This document shows, piece by piece, positions 25,453 to 38,915 of a stretch of DNA of 64,000 nt (its first letter is position 1; each line of letters opens with the position of its first letter). The translations under genes and the position numbers were made by a program. The notes under the pieces are model-generated. The model saw nothing but the letters and a program-made list of their open reading frames with translations. It did no database searches and had not been told where the DNA came from. This stretch comes from Octopus vulgaris. Lineage: Eukaryota. The DNA lies in contig OX597815.1 of NCBI GenBank assembly GCA_951406725.2, forward strand, positions 117,800,001-117,864,000, written 5' to 3'.

Positions 25453-25665
25453 AAGGCAGTGAGCTGGCAGAATTGTTGTTAGCAAGCCAGTGAAAATGCT
25501 TAGTGGCATTTTGTCCATCCTTACATTCTGAGTTCAAATTCCACTGAGGTTGGCCTTTCATCCTTCCAGGGTCAATAAAATAGGTACCAGTAGAGCACTG
25601 GGGTTGATATAATCAACTTACCTCTGCCCCTGAAATTGCTGGCCTTGTGCCAAAATTTGAAACCA
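25453..25665 (+). mobile_element. SINE family B copy (CpG-decayed)
   Basis: AAGGCAGTGAGCTGGCAGAATTG...GAGTTCAAATTCC...CCTTTCATCC. Confidence 0.82.
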
Positions 25666-25788
25666 ATAATCCAATATTCTATCAGTGACTTTTGTTAAAC
25701 TGCTTAGTTACAAGGATGTAAACAAACACTTGTCAAACATGTCTTTGTTTTTCCAAAATATTGTACTAATTTCTGTGATTATTTTTAA

Positions 25789-26289
25789 CTAGCTTAAGCC
25801 ACCCTATTGGACATCTCTTAAGCTAGGATATAGGTTTTAAGCTACTGACCCTAAATAGGAAGATCTGCGAACAGAGCTCTGACTTGTTTTGGAGAATTTG
25901 GTGCAATTGCTTCCTCCAGAGTCATATCCCCAAAATGATCATATTTGTTGCAAAAAATCAATTAAAAAAAAAAAAAAATTGCCAAAAATAATCCCTAGAT
26001 TTTGCAATTAATTTTAATTATTCCCAAAATTTATTTCCAAGTTATTAAAATTGTTATCGTACAAGAAAATTTATCACAAAAAAAATCATGTAAAAGAATT
26101 ACCGAAAACAATTGCAGTAACTTCAGAATCCAAAATTTCAGGATTGCGGGTCCAGATTTGGCCTGGAATATTTTTAATTTACTCACCAAGTTGGTCTGAT
26201 TCCAAAATGGTATGATATTTTGGGCTACAGCCTCTAGGAGTAAAGTTGAAAAAGTGTAACACACTGACATTCACATTTATTATGTTAGA
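25789..26289 (-). mobile_element. Non-autonomous Helitron-like element
   Basis: Minus strand starts A|TCTAACATAATAAA and ends CTAG|T, i.e. inserted between A and T with no TSD; inverted repeat CTAGCTTAAG/CTTAAGCTAG at the 3' end. Confidence 0.55.
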
Positions 26290-26498
26290 TGATTTATTTT
26301 TTTGATTAGTAAATTTTTTAATGTCTATTTCAATACTTGGAGTTGAGGGGAGTATAAAATACTTTTATATTTTTTCATGTGTTAAAAATTAATAAGAAAA
26401 AATTTCAGGAAAACTCACTTTCCTGATGCAAAATTTCAACCATCTAAGAGCAAAACCAAGGCCTATAATTAGGAACATATTTCCAAAAATTCACTTAT

Positions 26499-26535
<37 letters not shown>

Positions 26536-26685
26536 AAGCTATAAATAGAATCAGATAAAGCTATAAATAATAGCGTGTTAATATTGGGTTTTAAAAAATC
26601 CTTGGATAAATTACACATATATGTGAGTGTGTAATTTATATATAGATATATATATATATTGTATGTATGTAAGTGCAAATGTGTG

Positions 26686-26725
<40 letters not shown>

Positions 26726-27960
26726 CAAGTAGGGGGTTAATGAAGTATATACTGCTTGTGGTACAGCTGTATTTGTATATCTGAGTGGTACATGTATGTA
26801 AACAAATGAAGCTAATATACAAGGTATTCGTAGACATGTGCAACACATATGCATGTGACACAAGTGTATAGAAGTACATACATGAGTATGTATAAAGAAC
26901 TTGTATATATTTGTATTTGTGTGACTATATATGTTTATGGTGATTTGAGCATGTGTGCCTGTGGGTTCTGTGTATGAGCATGTGTCTGTGTGTATTTTTG
27001 TCATTACTCAGGCATTTCAAAATAAAACACAATGAATGAAAAGAAAATATAAATTAATTTGAATCAGGGACAACATATTAATTATGCCTTCTAATTTCAA
27101 ACAATGATGCAGCATCTTGGCATTAGAAAAGGTATCTTAGCAATTGGGTGAGTATTTTGGTGTTAGGAAAAGAATCAAGGGTAAAAATTGATGCCAAAGG
27201 TGACATTAGTACTCAAGGCAGTCTCATAGCTTGCTGGAACCTGTCAAACCATCCATCCATCCCATGCCAGCATCGAAAATGTGGAAAATCATGATGATGA
27301 TGATGGGGATGATGATGATGGTGTATTCTTTCTGATGAATACGTCTTTGACTCAATTTACCAAGCCCAAGAATTTGCGGTGATTCACTGTTTTGATAATC
27401 AAAAATAACGATATATTCAATAAGAAAGCAGCAAATTGATTTTCTTCAAACATTATATTGTATGGTGGCTATTGTTCATAATTTCCAAAACGAATTCTCC
27501 GTAAATTCTAATTTGTAATGAAGAGTCTATATTTTGAGTTCTGACACAAGGGTCTATGAAAAATCAAGAAAACTTACCCCATCAAAAAATAAATAAATAA
27601 ACAAATGATATGATGTGGGTGAATGAAGAAGTAAGAAAGGATGCTTGCTTGAAATGCAGATGTGTGTGTGTATGTGTGTGTAGTCTACTATATAACATAG
27701 GTATATATGTGCTGCCTGTATATATGTAAGGCAAATATGAATAAAGGTAATATGTATAAGAAACGTGTGTGTGTGTGCCTGTGTGTGTACCAAGTAACCC
27801 AAGTTAGCTTCAAGCAATCCATAGTAAATATAAAAAAAACAACTTTCAGGGACAATAGTGGTTTATTAAGATGAAAGGTTGTGGATGATTTTCATATTGA
27901 AAAATGAGGGTAGAAGGCCAGAAATTTGTATGGGATTGGGAATAGTCATTCCATAACTCT

Positions 27961-27999
<39 letters not shown>

Positions 28000-28208
28000 C
28001 ATTCAAATAGAGGTTATATTGGCCTCATGAAGGGATGGTATCATCCAAAAAAATACTGGTTCAATACCTAATATTTTTGGTGGCAGGTTAATATCCATAA
28101 ATTAATAGGTTTATATATAAACGATGGTTTATAGTCATGCACATGAATGAGAAAATGGAGATATTGAAGTTAATAAGAGTTTATTATCAGCAAAAATATC
28201 GATCATTA

Positions 28209-28274
28209 TCCCTTACAGCTGTTTCAATTAAGCTTATTAAAATCATATTTCTGAGCTTAATCTTTTCAGAGGGA
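28209..28274 (-). ncRNA. Type I hammerhead motif, core-mutated copy (G8A)
   Basis: Minus strand: TCCCT-CTGAAAA-GATTAAGCT[...]AGCTTAATT-GAAA-CAGCTG-TA^-AGGGA. Confidence 0.65.
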
Positions 28275-28357
28275 GAAAGAATACACCCTTAGATATAATG
28301 TGTGTTTTTTTTAACCCTAAAAACTAACACACAATATGTCTAAGGGTATATTCTTTT

Positions 28358-28440
28358 TCCCTCTGAAGAGATTAAGCTGAAAAATATTATTTTAATAGTT
28401 ATTTAAATTCACTAAGTGTAATTGAAACAGCTGTAAGGGA
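28358..28440 (+). ncRNA. Type I hammerhead ribozyme motif with canonical core
   Basis: Stem I TCCCT/AGGGA, core CTGAAGA (28363-28369), stem II GATTA...TAATT, GAAA (28424-28427), palindromic stem III ACAGCTGT, GUA cleavage triplet (cut after 28435). Confidence 0.75.
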
Positions 28441-28614
28441 TAATGGTCGATTTTTCTTTATGATAATAAACTCTTATTAACTTCAATATCTCAATTTTCT
28501 TATTATTCATTTGCATATATATGTATATATATATATTGAAGATGTGACTAAAGCTGAAATATATTTCTGGCACATACATATAAATAAGCTACTATTATTA
28601 AACATACATTAATC

Positions 28615-28800
28615 ATCATTATCATCATCATTTAATATCAATTATGCATGCTGGCATTGGTTGGATGGTTTGACAGGATTCATTGAGTCCAAGAACTACA
28701 TTAGGCTCCAGTGTCTGCTTTGGTATAGTTTTTACAGCTGGATGCCCTTCCTAACCCCAACCACTTTACAGTGTGTACTCGATACTTTTTCCAAGACACC
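28615..28800 (-). mobile_element. Repeat family E, 3' part (CpG-decayed)
   Basis: (CAT)n ... CAGCTGGATGCCCTTCCTAAC. Confidence 0.7.
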
Positions 28801-30069
28801 AGCAATATCGCAGTCATCATCATGTAACTCACCAGTCTATAAACCCAAGGAAGGGTCTGGTACTACATCCTAATGCTTGATGGTGTGGGAGTTAAGATAG
28901 GAGAATGAGAGAAGTGGTTGTGGTTGAGCAGATTCTTAAAATTCTGATGTGCATGTGTGTTTGTATGTATGACCCTTAATGCAAGTGCACAAGTACTATG
29001 TGTATGTAAGTAGTATGTAATATTGAAACAGAGACATGTAGCACATGTATACCTAACTTGCAGGTGGAATCATATGAGATGCATACATGTTTCAAAGTGT
29101 GTGTGTGTATACATGTGTATATATATGATGATGATACACACGTGTGTGTCTGTGTGTGCATATGTATGTGTGTGTAGTGTGGTTGACAATTAACTCACAC
29201 ATAAACCTATGAAGACTAACAACTTATGAATTAGCTGCCACACAACTGCTAGATTTAAACAAAAGGCATTAACTATATGTACAGAAGAAAATAAGAAAGC
29301 AACTACGAAAAAATATACAAAATTTAAAAAAAACACAGGAATCTGTCACAAAGAGCAAGGTTAGATTTGAGATGCCATTGAAAGATCAATGAAAAAGCAG
29401 AGTATAATCAGTGTTTACTATAACTGAATCAGTTCAACTCCCTCAATTTATAAGTCTATTTTTACTATCAACTTGCTGGGTGGTGGCAGCCATGTTGACT
29501 GTAGCTGATTTTTCATTAACATTCAGCCTTAAAAGATATACTAATATAAAGTAGTAGTTGTAGTAGTAGCAGTAGTACCAGCAGTGGTGGTAGTGGTGGT
29601 GGTGTATAATTGAAGCTTTTCTAGTAATTAGTTCATGCCAAACAATTCAAGAGTTGGGGGATCTAAATGTATGTTGAAAGTAATATTGAAAATAGTGTTT
29701 TGTCTGTTTGTGTGTGTGTGTGTGTGTGTTTTCAGACAGTGAGCAAATGAAGAAAGATAACTAATGAGATAACTAATGAGCATATAGATAGATAAATAGA
29801 TAAAGAGCTAAATAGATAAAGGGAGAGTGAGAGAGAAAGAGAGAAAAGAGAGAGAGATCAGCAGGTTGATATGGATGATTGTAGATAAGTATGAATGTAG
29901 AAGCACACATATCTATACATATGTATACATATATAAATGTGTACACACACATATATTTTCTACACTTATGTGCACTATATAGGAGTATATGTATGCACAC
30001 ACACACAACGATGATGATGATATATATATATATATACAGACACACACACACACATGTATATGTATATAC

Positions 30070-30117
<48 letters not shown>

Positions 30118-30564
30118 TTAAGGATTGACAGACTATTCAGACAAATAGGTGGATAACTATAGACAGGCAATGAGAAAAAGGGAAAGAAAGAAAGAAAGAA
30201 AGAAAGAAAAAGAGAGAAAGAAAGAGAGTAGGGCATGAAAGAGGAAGATATAAAACAATGTCCAATCATTGTTGTTATTTTAAAAAGAAAACAATCGATT
30301 CACTGTGTACTTAATGAACCAAGGTAAAGTGAAACTAATAGAAGAAAACTGGAACATACAGGTTAACATTGAAGAAATTGCTCTAATCTAACCAAACAGA
30401 AGAAATACATTAGAGACAAGGCATTTATTTTCTTGTTTGGGAGATTTAACGATGCTCTCCCACACCACCACCTTCCACTATTGCCTTGTTAATCTTGTGG
30501 GTTTTTTTCTTTTTTTTTTTTGCTTCCTGTCTCTTTTGTTCCATTTAATGTCATTAGAATTAGG

Positions 30565-30930
30565 TGCTGTTACAGGTATGTGGTTTACCAGCCATGTTAG
30601 TTCTGGGTTCAGTCCCACTGAATGCCATTTTGGGCCCTCAGGTCAATCAAAGCCTAGTAAATTGATTTGGATTGGGTAGATCATCATCATCATCGTTTAA
30701 CGTCCATTTTCCATGCTAGCATGGGTTGGACGGTTCGACCGGGGTCTGGGAAGCCAGAAGGCTGCACCAGGCTCCAGTCTGATCTGGCAGTGTTTCTACA
30801 GCTGGATGTCCTTCCTAACGCCAACCAATCCATGAGTGTAGTGGGTGCTTTTTACGTGCCAGGTGAGGCTGGCAATGGCCACGATCAGTTTTTACGTGGC
30901 ACAGGCACAAAATTGAAAGAAGCCTGTCCT
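30565..30930. mobile_element. SINE-A fragment (+) interrupted by a family E copy (-, 30680-30900)
   Basis: A-type sequence stops at GGATTGGGTAGA and resumes at AAATTGAAAGAAGCC. Confidence 0.7.
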
Positions 30931-31422
30931 TAGGTTACATATATTATACCATACTTTGATTCTGTGTGGACTGAAATCCCTGTTGACAGGCTGCTGATAT
31001 TAGAATAAAGTGTTAAAGACTTATGGTATGCAAATTAGTCACTCCACTTCTCTGTAGCTACTGGATTTCTTGAGTGTATAAAAAGATTGACTACTTGTCT
31101 CTCTGAGGTTGGTCAAGTGATGCAGACACCCAAATAAAGTTCAAAAGTTGATTACAGGAGAATAGTTAAACTTGCTTTGTTTGTATGTTTACTTTATAGG
31201 TTACAAACGCACACACATATTTATGTATAAATATACATATAAATACACACACACCCATATATGCATACATGTATTAACATATAAGTATCTGAATTATGCA
31301 ATAGAAACAAGCTCTTCAATAACAACATTAATCAATACAACATATGTGCGTTGTTTAAACACCAGAAGCTATGGATTTTTGACCTGGAAAATTCTCTTTA
31401 AACATCAATAATGTTAAAAGCA

Positions 31423-31717
31423 TGGAGGCACATGACCTAGTGGTTAAAGCAGCGGACTCGCAGTCGAGGAAACACAGGTTTGAATCTCAGACCGGGCGAT
31501 GTGTGTGTTTATGAGCGAAACACCTAAGCTCCATGTGGCCCCGACAGAAGGTAATGGCGAACTTCCGCTGAGTCTTTCACCACAACTTTCTCTCACTCTT
31601 TTGTCCTGCATCTTGTAGCTCACCTGCGATGGACCGGCGTCCCATCCCGGTGGGGAACCTATATGCCAAGGAAACTGGCCCTATGAGCCAGGCATGGCTC
31701 AAGAAGGAACAAACAAC
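31423..31717 (+). mobile_element. Full-length tRNA-derived SINE, family D
   Basis: A and B boxes; (AAC)-rich tail; 13-bp TSD AATGTTAAAAGCA at 31410-31422 and 31718-31730. Confidence 0.92.
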
Positions 31718-32634
31718 AATGTTAAAAGCACAATATACTTCAGAGCAAGTCAAAACAAAGTCACCCCAGAAGTGATCATGAGAGTAACAATGAGTTCAAA
31801 TCCTGCCGAAGTAAACTTTGCTTTCCATATTTCTGGGACTGATAAAATATAGTATCAGTCAAGTACTGAAGTCAACAGAAGTGACTGTTCCCAATCCTGT
31901 ACAAATTTCTTGCCTAGTACCTAAATTGGAAACACTTATTAGTATTATCATAATCATAACTGCTACAAGAACACTTAAAATCTATTATTTGTTTTGTTTT
32001 TTCATCTATTCTAGATCTAAAAAATATTTCTATTTTATTTTTTTTTATTTGTTATCAGCTAATACATTTCTGAGATTGACTTTGAAGATAAAACAATTAA
32101 CAGCTAATTAGTAGGGTGAATGTTTTAGCTGACTCTACAAGATATTTGTATTGTGTTGAGTCAAAGAAATCATAATGAAAATTCCTTCATTTGGCACAAG
32201 GCCAGAGGTTGATAGGGAAGAGTGAAAGGGCGAAAGGGTAGAGTTAATTGGATTAGTTCCAGAGTGTTATAGGAACCTTTGATATCGATTCTTGACCCAT
32301 GAATGGAAAATTTAGCATTGGTGAAGGTTGAACATAGAAATAAGAGAAACAGGTAACTAAATAAACTCACATTTCTACCAGATTGCTATCAATCTAACCC
32401 AGTGCTCCACAAGTAGTATTCTGCAGCGCACTGGCATGCCATGAGACGATGCTAGATGTGCCACAGTGTAACATGGATATCATTTTTTCCCTACAACAAA
32501 TGACAGCAGATGAAAGATTTCCCAGTTCTGTGAACAAGGGCAATAGTCATGTAGTAGAGGAAGAACAGAAAGTGACTGTTGTCAATGATTTTCTGGTTCA
32601 TAACTCTTCTGAATGCAGAGTTTAAGATTTTGGT

Positions 32635-32890
32635 CCGGTACTAGCGGTTAGGTTGTTGCACTCATGATCACTAGACCATGGGTTCAATTTCCCAACTGGT
32701 TGGTGCATTATGTTCCTGAGCAAAACACTTCATTTCATGTTGCTCCAGTCCCCCTTCGATCAGAAGGGAATGCTGCCCTGCTCACCTAGCCAGTGGGGCG
32801 GTGTCATTTGAAGGCTAAAACAATGCAAAAGTGCATTGTGATCAGCGATGTGTAACAACATCTGATAGCTTGGTCAGTCATGTGGTCATT
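32635..32890 (+). mobile_element. SINE-C-related copy with a different 3' tail
   Basis: tRNA-like head and TGTTCCTGAGCAAAACACTTCATTTCATGTTGCTCCAGT core. Confidence 0.6.
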
Positions 32891-33689
32891 AACAAAGTGG
32901 TTGGAACTTTATATTAGTAATGTGAAAAGGAAACCACAGATCAGTGTGATCTCAGACAGATCTATACATATCAAACCAACTCTACTGTATGCTACACATT
33001 AGAGGGAATGTGAATGGCAAACTTGATTTTGATGAGGATCAATCAAAAAGATTTTAACAGGGTATGAGTAGTGTGGAAGACAAAATATTTTCCATTATTC
33101 ACTATAGCCTTTTACATTTAGAGTTCCAATCCTACAATAGTCAACTTTACCTTTCATCATTCTGGAGACAAGGCAATGAAATAAATAATTACCAATCAGG
33201 AACTAGAGTTAATGTAAACAAGCAATACCTTTGCTGAAGCTTCACATACCTTATTATGGCTTTGTGTAGGAGGACAGCAGAGAGACAGAACCGGTAAGAT
33301 TTTAGATAAAATACTTTGTGGCATTCTTTTACGTGAGAATTAAAAAATTCCAGTGAGAATGATTTAGTCTTTCATCTTTCCATGGCAATAAATGTACCAG
33401 CCACAAATGGAATTGATTAAATAAACTACACCCTTCTGCTAAAGTATGCAGTCTTGTACCAGTAAGAGGAGTAAGTGTGTGTCAATGTAAAAAATTATTA
33501 TTATAAACTGGAATGTCAGGTAGGTTGTGTGGGTGGTGCAGAAATGGTGGAGTGCCATAAATACATGTGTATGTGTGTGTGTGTGTGTGTGTGTATGTGT
33601 GTGTGTGTGTGTGAGTGTGCGTGTGTATGTACATGTAAGGAGCATGAGACAGGCAGAATTTTGAAATGAAACTGCAAATTCTAAATTAT

Positions 33690-34260
33690 GGTTGAATCAC
33701 ACCTTCATAGCTGTGAAGTATGGCGTTTCCCTCATCCGCTACCATAAACCGATGAGCACATCTAACCATAGCAATACGAGAGTTTTTTTTTCAGCTTGAT
33801 CTGTTGTTAAGGAGTTGTTGGTTGATGGGGGAGAGTCCGCCTGTGGCACTCCTATAAACATTGAATATTTTGACTATGTCTCCAATAACTGTGATAGAAA
33901 GAGCAAATAGCCAGAGCATCAAATCCCTAATCATTGGACATCATCTTTGATGAGCCAGTCATATCATCAGGATGAACAATGAATGATTTCCTCATCAAAT
34001 CCTCTTTAGCAAACTGACAACCAGGAAAAGATAATGAGGAGCCCCTCTTCAACACTACAAAGAACAGTTCAAATCAACTCCAAAGCAGACACATAACCAA
34101 CCGTCCCAGTTACCAACAGAACATAAACAATAATATAATATTGTTTCAAAGACAAAGAATAAGAAAAGATGAGTAGAGACAATGGCAATGGAGGGCCAGA
34201 CAGCAGCAACCACAAAGGACTTTGACATTCATATGGGGTCAATTCAGTTGTGTGTTCTAT
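33690..34260 (+). mobile_element. Decayed RTE-clade LINE 3' remnant
   Basis: Broken reading gives SCEVW, ERANSQSIKSLI, ASHIIRM, FPHQILFSKL, GAPLQHYKEQFK, resembling the RTE post-RT region (LRWAGHVxRM...PKQILFGEL...GxPxxRYKD). Confidence 0.7.
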
Positions 34261-34764
34261 GTGAGGATTGGCTTTGTTAACCATATTCACCATTAATGGT
34301 CCAAATATTTGACTAGGATAACAAATCAATCCTTGGATTCAAAGGATGAGCTGATGATGATGATGACACATACATACACACACACACACATGGTATGTAC
34401 AGATTTAGCAGTGTGACTATGCAGTTTGCTCCTGATTGTAGAACATTAGGCTATTGAGAAACATCTGGCCATGGTCAAACAGTTAGTGATAGGAGGGGCA
34501 TCTACTTATAGACAAATTACTTCCGTCTAACCCATGCGATCATGAAAAAGTGGGCATTATAACAATGATGGTGATGATGAGGATAGATATACAGATATTG
34601 CTTTGCCTTATCTTTGGGCCCTTAACTCCTATGATAGAATCATAAACATGCCATCATAACATATGGTATATCTTGGGCATTTTTAGACCTGGTGGAGTCT
34701 ATCCTGCTCCAGGTCTGACACAACCATTTTCTTCCAGAAAACAGAAACAGAAAGTAGAATCATT

Positions 34765-34910
34765 TCACCCAAGTACATGACTGGCACTCATTTGACCCCA
34801 GAAATGATGAAAGGCAAAGTTGACCTCAGCAGGATTTGAACTCAGGACAAAGGGCGCCAGAAAAATTACTATAAAACAATTTATCTGCTGCTTTAACAAT
34901 TCCGCCAACT
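34765..34910 (-). mobile_element. SINE family B copy
   Basis: GATGAAAGGCAAAGTTGACCTCAGCAGGATTTGAACTCAG. Confidence 0.75.
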
Positions 34911-35147
34911 TAAACTCCCATCTCTCCTCCCACCCACCCACACATATACTAATTTGAAGCAAATATAAAAGAAAAGATAAGTTATTGCTTGTTTGCAGAG
35001 CATAATATATTTTTTTAAAATTATTAACCAAATGTTATAAAGTATCATATTACACTTTGGGTTTCACCTTTCCATGGCATGTCAAGTACTAATAACCAGT
35101 CATGGAATTGTGATACTCCCATGGTAATGTGATACTATAGTGTTCAG

Positions 35148-35182
<35 letters not shown>

Positions 35183-35470
35183 TACAACTTTTATTAGCCA
35201 CAAGAGCATAAATGAGGAAGGACAATACACACAGCCATATGTGTGTTTGTGAGTACGGATTTATGTTTGTGTATGTGTGTGTGTGAGTATATATATATGC
35301 ACACATGTATGTATAATGGGTATATCTGTGTGTGTGTGTGTATGCATATACATGCATGTGTGATTGTGTGGGTGAGCACGAGATTGTGAGTATAAATATC
35401 ATAAGAATTCATCTTTAGAATTTTAAATGCATGCATGACACAGAAACATACACATACAATCACACAAACA

Positions 35471-35504
<34 letters not shown>

Positions 35505-35505
35505 G

Positions 35506-35788
35506 TGAAGGCACATAGATCTGTGGTTAGAGCGTCAAGCTTACGATCGTGAGGTTGTGAATTTCACATTGCTCCAGTTCACTCACCTGTAGATATGTGT
35601 TGCGATGTCACAGGTGCCAAGCTGTATCGGCCTTTGCCTTTCCCTTGGATAACATTGGTGGCATGGAGAGGGGAGGCTGGTATGCATGGGCAACTGCTGG
35701 TCTTCCACAAGTAACCTTGCCTGGACTTTTGCTGGGAGGGTAACTTTCTAGGTGCAATCCCATGGTCAGTCATGATCGAAGGGGGTCT
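35506..35788 (+). mobile_element. SINE family C copy with internal deletion
   Basis: Reverse complement of 13059-13390, lacking the B box/CORE start. Confidence 0.85.
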
Positions 35789-35797
35789 CAGTATATA

Positions 35798-35851
<54 letters not shown>

Positions 35852-37256
35852 TAGATAGATAGATAGATAGATAGATACATATATATATTTACATATATAT
35901 ATACATATATATACATATATACACATATATATATATATATATATGCATACACACACATATATATATATATACACACACACATATATATATATACTTATAT
36001 ATATATATATGTATATATACGCACACAAATAGATGTAAGTTTCTTTCAGTTTATATATAGCAAACCACTCACAACACTTTGGTTGGCTTGGGGCCACAGT
36101 AGAAAACACTTGTCTGAGCTACTGTGTAGTGGGACTGAGCCTAAGACCACATATAACTGAAATGGTGTTAGAGTCATATACAAATTAGTGAAACAGTAAA
36201 ACTTGTGTAGTGATGGTTTGTGTTTCTCAAATGGTGCGTTGTTTACATATTATGCATGACTGTTCCTCCAAGTATTTGTTACTGAATATCTTGCAGTTAA
36301 GTTGATTCTAGTTATATATCAATGTAAGTGAAAATGCAACATACTAAATGCTTTTTCCTTCCTTTTCCAAACTGTTTTTGTTGATTAGGTTCATTTTCTA
36401 CCCATTAGGTTTCAGCCAACAATTTTTTTTGTTTTGTTTTTTTGTTGCATATAAAAAAAACGTTGGGTTCTGATACAAAAACCTTGAGCATGTTTAGTCT
36501 AGAAGTCTAGATCAGACAATCTTTTGGGTCAATGACAGCTAGATTATTCTCATGCAAATTTAACTAAAAATGATGTAACAGGAGAGGCAGCTGTTTAGTC
36601 AACTAAATACAATAGAAAGAGAAACAAAGAACATCTTATGTCTAACAAGCTAGCCCTGCAGTAAAAGATAGATTAAAAATGTTATCTCTAAGGTCGACAA
36701 ACATTTGTCTGACAAAAATACAATGACTATTAGGCAATGGATTGGGTGTTTGATGTCAGATAATTTAGCTTTCCATTCAGGATATAATATTGTCTGATGT
36801 GAGAAGTCAAGTCATTTCTATTTTATTTAATTTTACTCCATTTCACTTTGCTTTTTGTTTTCATCTGACATCCTAGAACAGATGATAGTTTTATCTCTCT
36901 ACACTGTACGAACCTTATCACTTATTCACTAGTGACCATCCTATAAATATTTCTTAATGATACTCCACTTGTTGTAGTAGAGAAATCTATTTCCCTATTT
37001 TCCTTTTATATTTTTGATTCTATTTCTAGCATTTTTGTTTTGTTGTTTTCATTTTAAGACAAATTCCCTTTCTATATTCTTTCCTTCTATATTTCAAAAC
37101 ACATTTCACACAAGCAGTTTATTCAGTGCATAGGCACTAACAACATTAAAATACAATTATAATGCTGAATGAGTTAGTTACCCACACTATAAAAATAACT
37201 ATGCTGACATTTTAATCAGTGTAACTTCTTGGAGTTGTTTTAAATTTTCATTTCAA

Positions 37257-37614
37257 CATGCAAGTGTGACTGTGTGGTAAGAAGTTTGCTTCCCAACCAC
37301 ATGGTTCTGGGTTCAGTCCCAATGTGTGACACCTTGGGCAAGTGCCTTCTACTATAGCCTAAGGCCAATTGAAACCTTGTGAGCAAATTTTGTAGACAGA
37401 AACTGAAAGAAGCCTGTCATATGTGTGTGTGTGTGTGTTTTATTTGGCACCCACTACTGCTTGACAAGGTGTTGGTTTGTTTATGTCCCCATAACTTAGC
37501 AGTTCAGCAAAAGAGCTTAAAGAAGCACTGGGGTCAGTTCATGCGACAAAAATTCTTCAAGGTGGTGTCCCAGCATGACTGCAGTCTAATGACTGAAACA
37601 AGTAAAAGATAAAG
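37257..37614 (+). mobile_element. SINE family A copy (CpG-decayed)
   Basis: Collinear with 39515-39930. Confidence 0.85.
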
Positions 37615-38154
37615 TATGCATACATACACATGACCATATATATAAACTGAAACAAGCAATTTCTTAAAACTGGCAATTGATTACTTTCATTGATTGATTA
37701 AAGAAGATGCAAGCTGACTTTTCTCTTCTTTTTAGAAGCCACCAGCATTTCTAGGTTACAACGTAAATATTTGTAAGGAAGTCTAATGATTATGGTTGTA
37801 AATGTAACTATGAGTAAGAATGAATATAAATAATTTTCTATATCATCATCATCAACTTAGAGAGAAAGAAAGAATCTTAACAGATTCTTTTCCTGCTTGC
37901 ATTAATGCTTACTGCAACAGTCTGTTTGTACAAAGTTTATAGCATCGTTAATAAAAAAAACAAAGCTAAGTTTGTTATGTCTTCCTAATTATATTACTTT
38001 TTTCTCATTATGTTTCATTCTCAAAGGTAAAATATCAATCACTCTTTTTCCCCAAAATTGATCCTTCTGAAAGACACTATTTCTCATTCATCAATTTTAA
38101 ACTGCTATCTTCTTAAACAAATTTTAAAATCATATTTTCTTATATATTAATATC

Positions 38155-38232
38155 GTGTCTTCTGCTATAGCCTTGGGCTGACCAAAGCCTTGTGAGTGGA
38201 CTTCATAGACAGAAACTGAAAGAAACCCATTG

Positions 38233-38279
<47 letters not shown>

Positions 38280-38915
38280 GAGCAAAACGCCCCCCCCCCC
38301 GTCCAGTGGATGGTGCTGAGTTGTCAAACATTTAAACCAAATTTTCTCAAAACAACTTGTCTGACCATCCCATTTTGTGGCATTATTTCAAGCCAGCTGG
38401 CTTTTTTTGCGCAAACTGCACGTGCATTTTTCTCATGTATGCATAGTATCGATTGCAACAGCTGATGTACTTGCGCATATAAAAACAAATTCCCACGGCT
38501 TTATCGATCGCATTCTCACCTGGAATCGATTTTTGTAATTTTTTCAAGACTTATACATGCCCTGATACTGTCAGTGTCTACATATCAAATTTGAGCGCAA
38601 TCGGATGGAGGATTCCCGAGATCCTAGAAGACACATACAGAGACAGACGACAGATTTTATATAATATATATATACATGTATATGTGTGTGTGTGGGTGTG
38701 CATGTGTGCTTCTGTATCTGTGTTTGTCTCCCATCACCGCTTATCAACTGGTTTTGGTGTATGTATGTACATGCGTGTGTGTATAGATACGGATAGCACA
38801 AGTGCCAGGCTTTAGAAGAATAAGTACTGTTGTCGATTTATTTGAATAAAAATTCTTGAAGGTAGTGCCCCAGCATGACCACAGTCTAATGATTGAAACA
38901 AAAGATAAAATAAAG
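38155..38915 (+). mobile_element. SINE-A copy split by a Helitron-like insertion in its internal (TA)n
   Basis: 5' half at 38155-38235, 3' half at ~38700-38915. Confidence 0.78.
38279..38668 (-). mobile_element. Non-autonomous Helitron-like element
   Basis: Minus strand: TATATTATATAAAA start, GTCT microsatellite, CCGATTGCGCTCAAATTTG block, GC-rich subterminus and CTCG|T end (CTAG variant). Confidence 0.6.

Larger units (their letters stand above)
28137..28516. repeat. ~380-bp imperfect palindrome of a PLE-type terminal repeat
   Basis: Arms ~28137-28309 and ~28319-28516 are reverse complements, e.g. GATATTGAAGTTAATAAGAGTTTATTATCA / TGATAATAAACTCTTATTAACTTCAATATC. Confidence 0.92.

Noticed and set aside
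28021-28062. CTCATGA-A-G-GGATG[GTAT]CATCC-AAAA hammerhead-like hairpin
   Set aside because: Both core segments deviate and stems I and III are not evident
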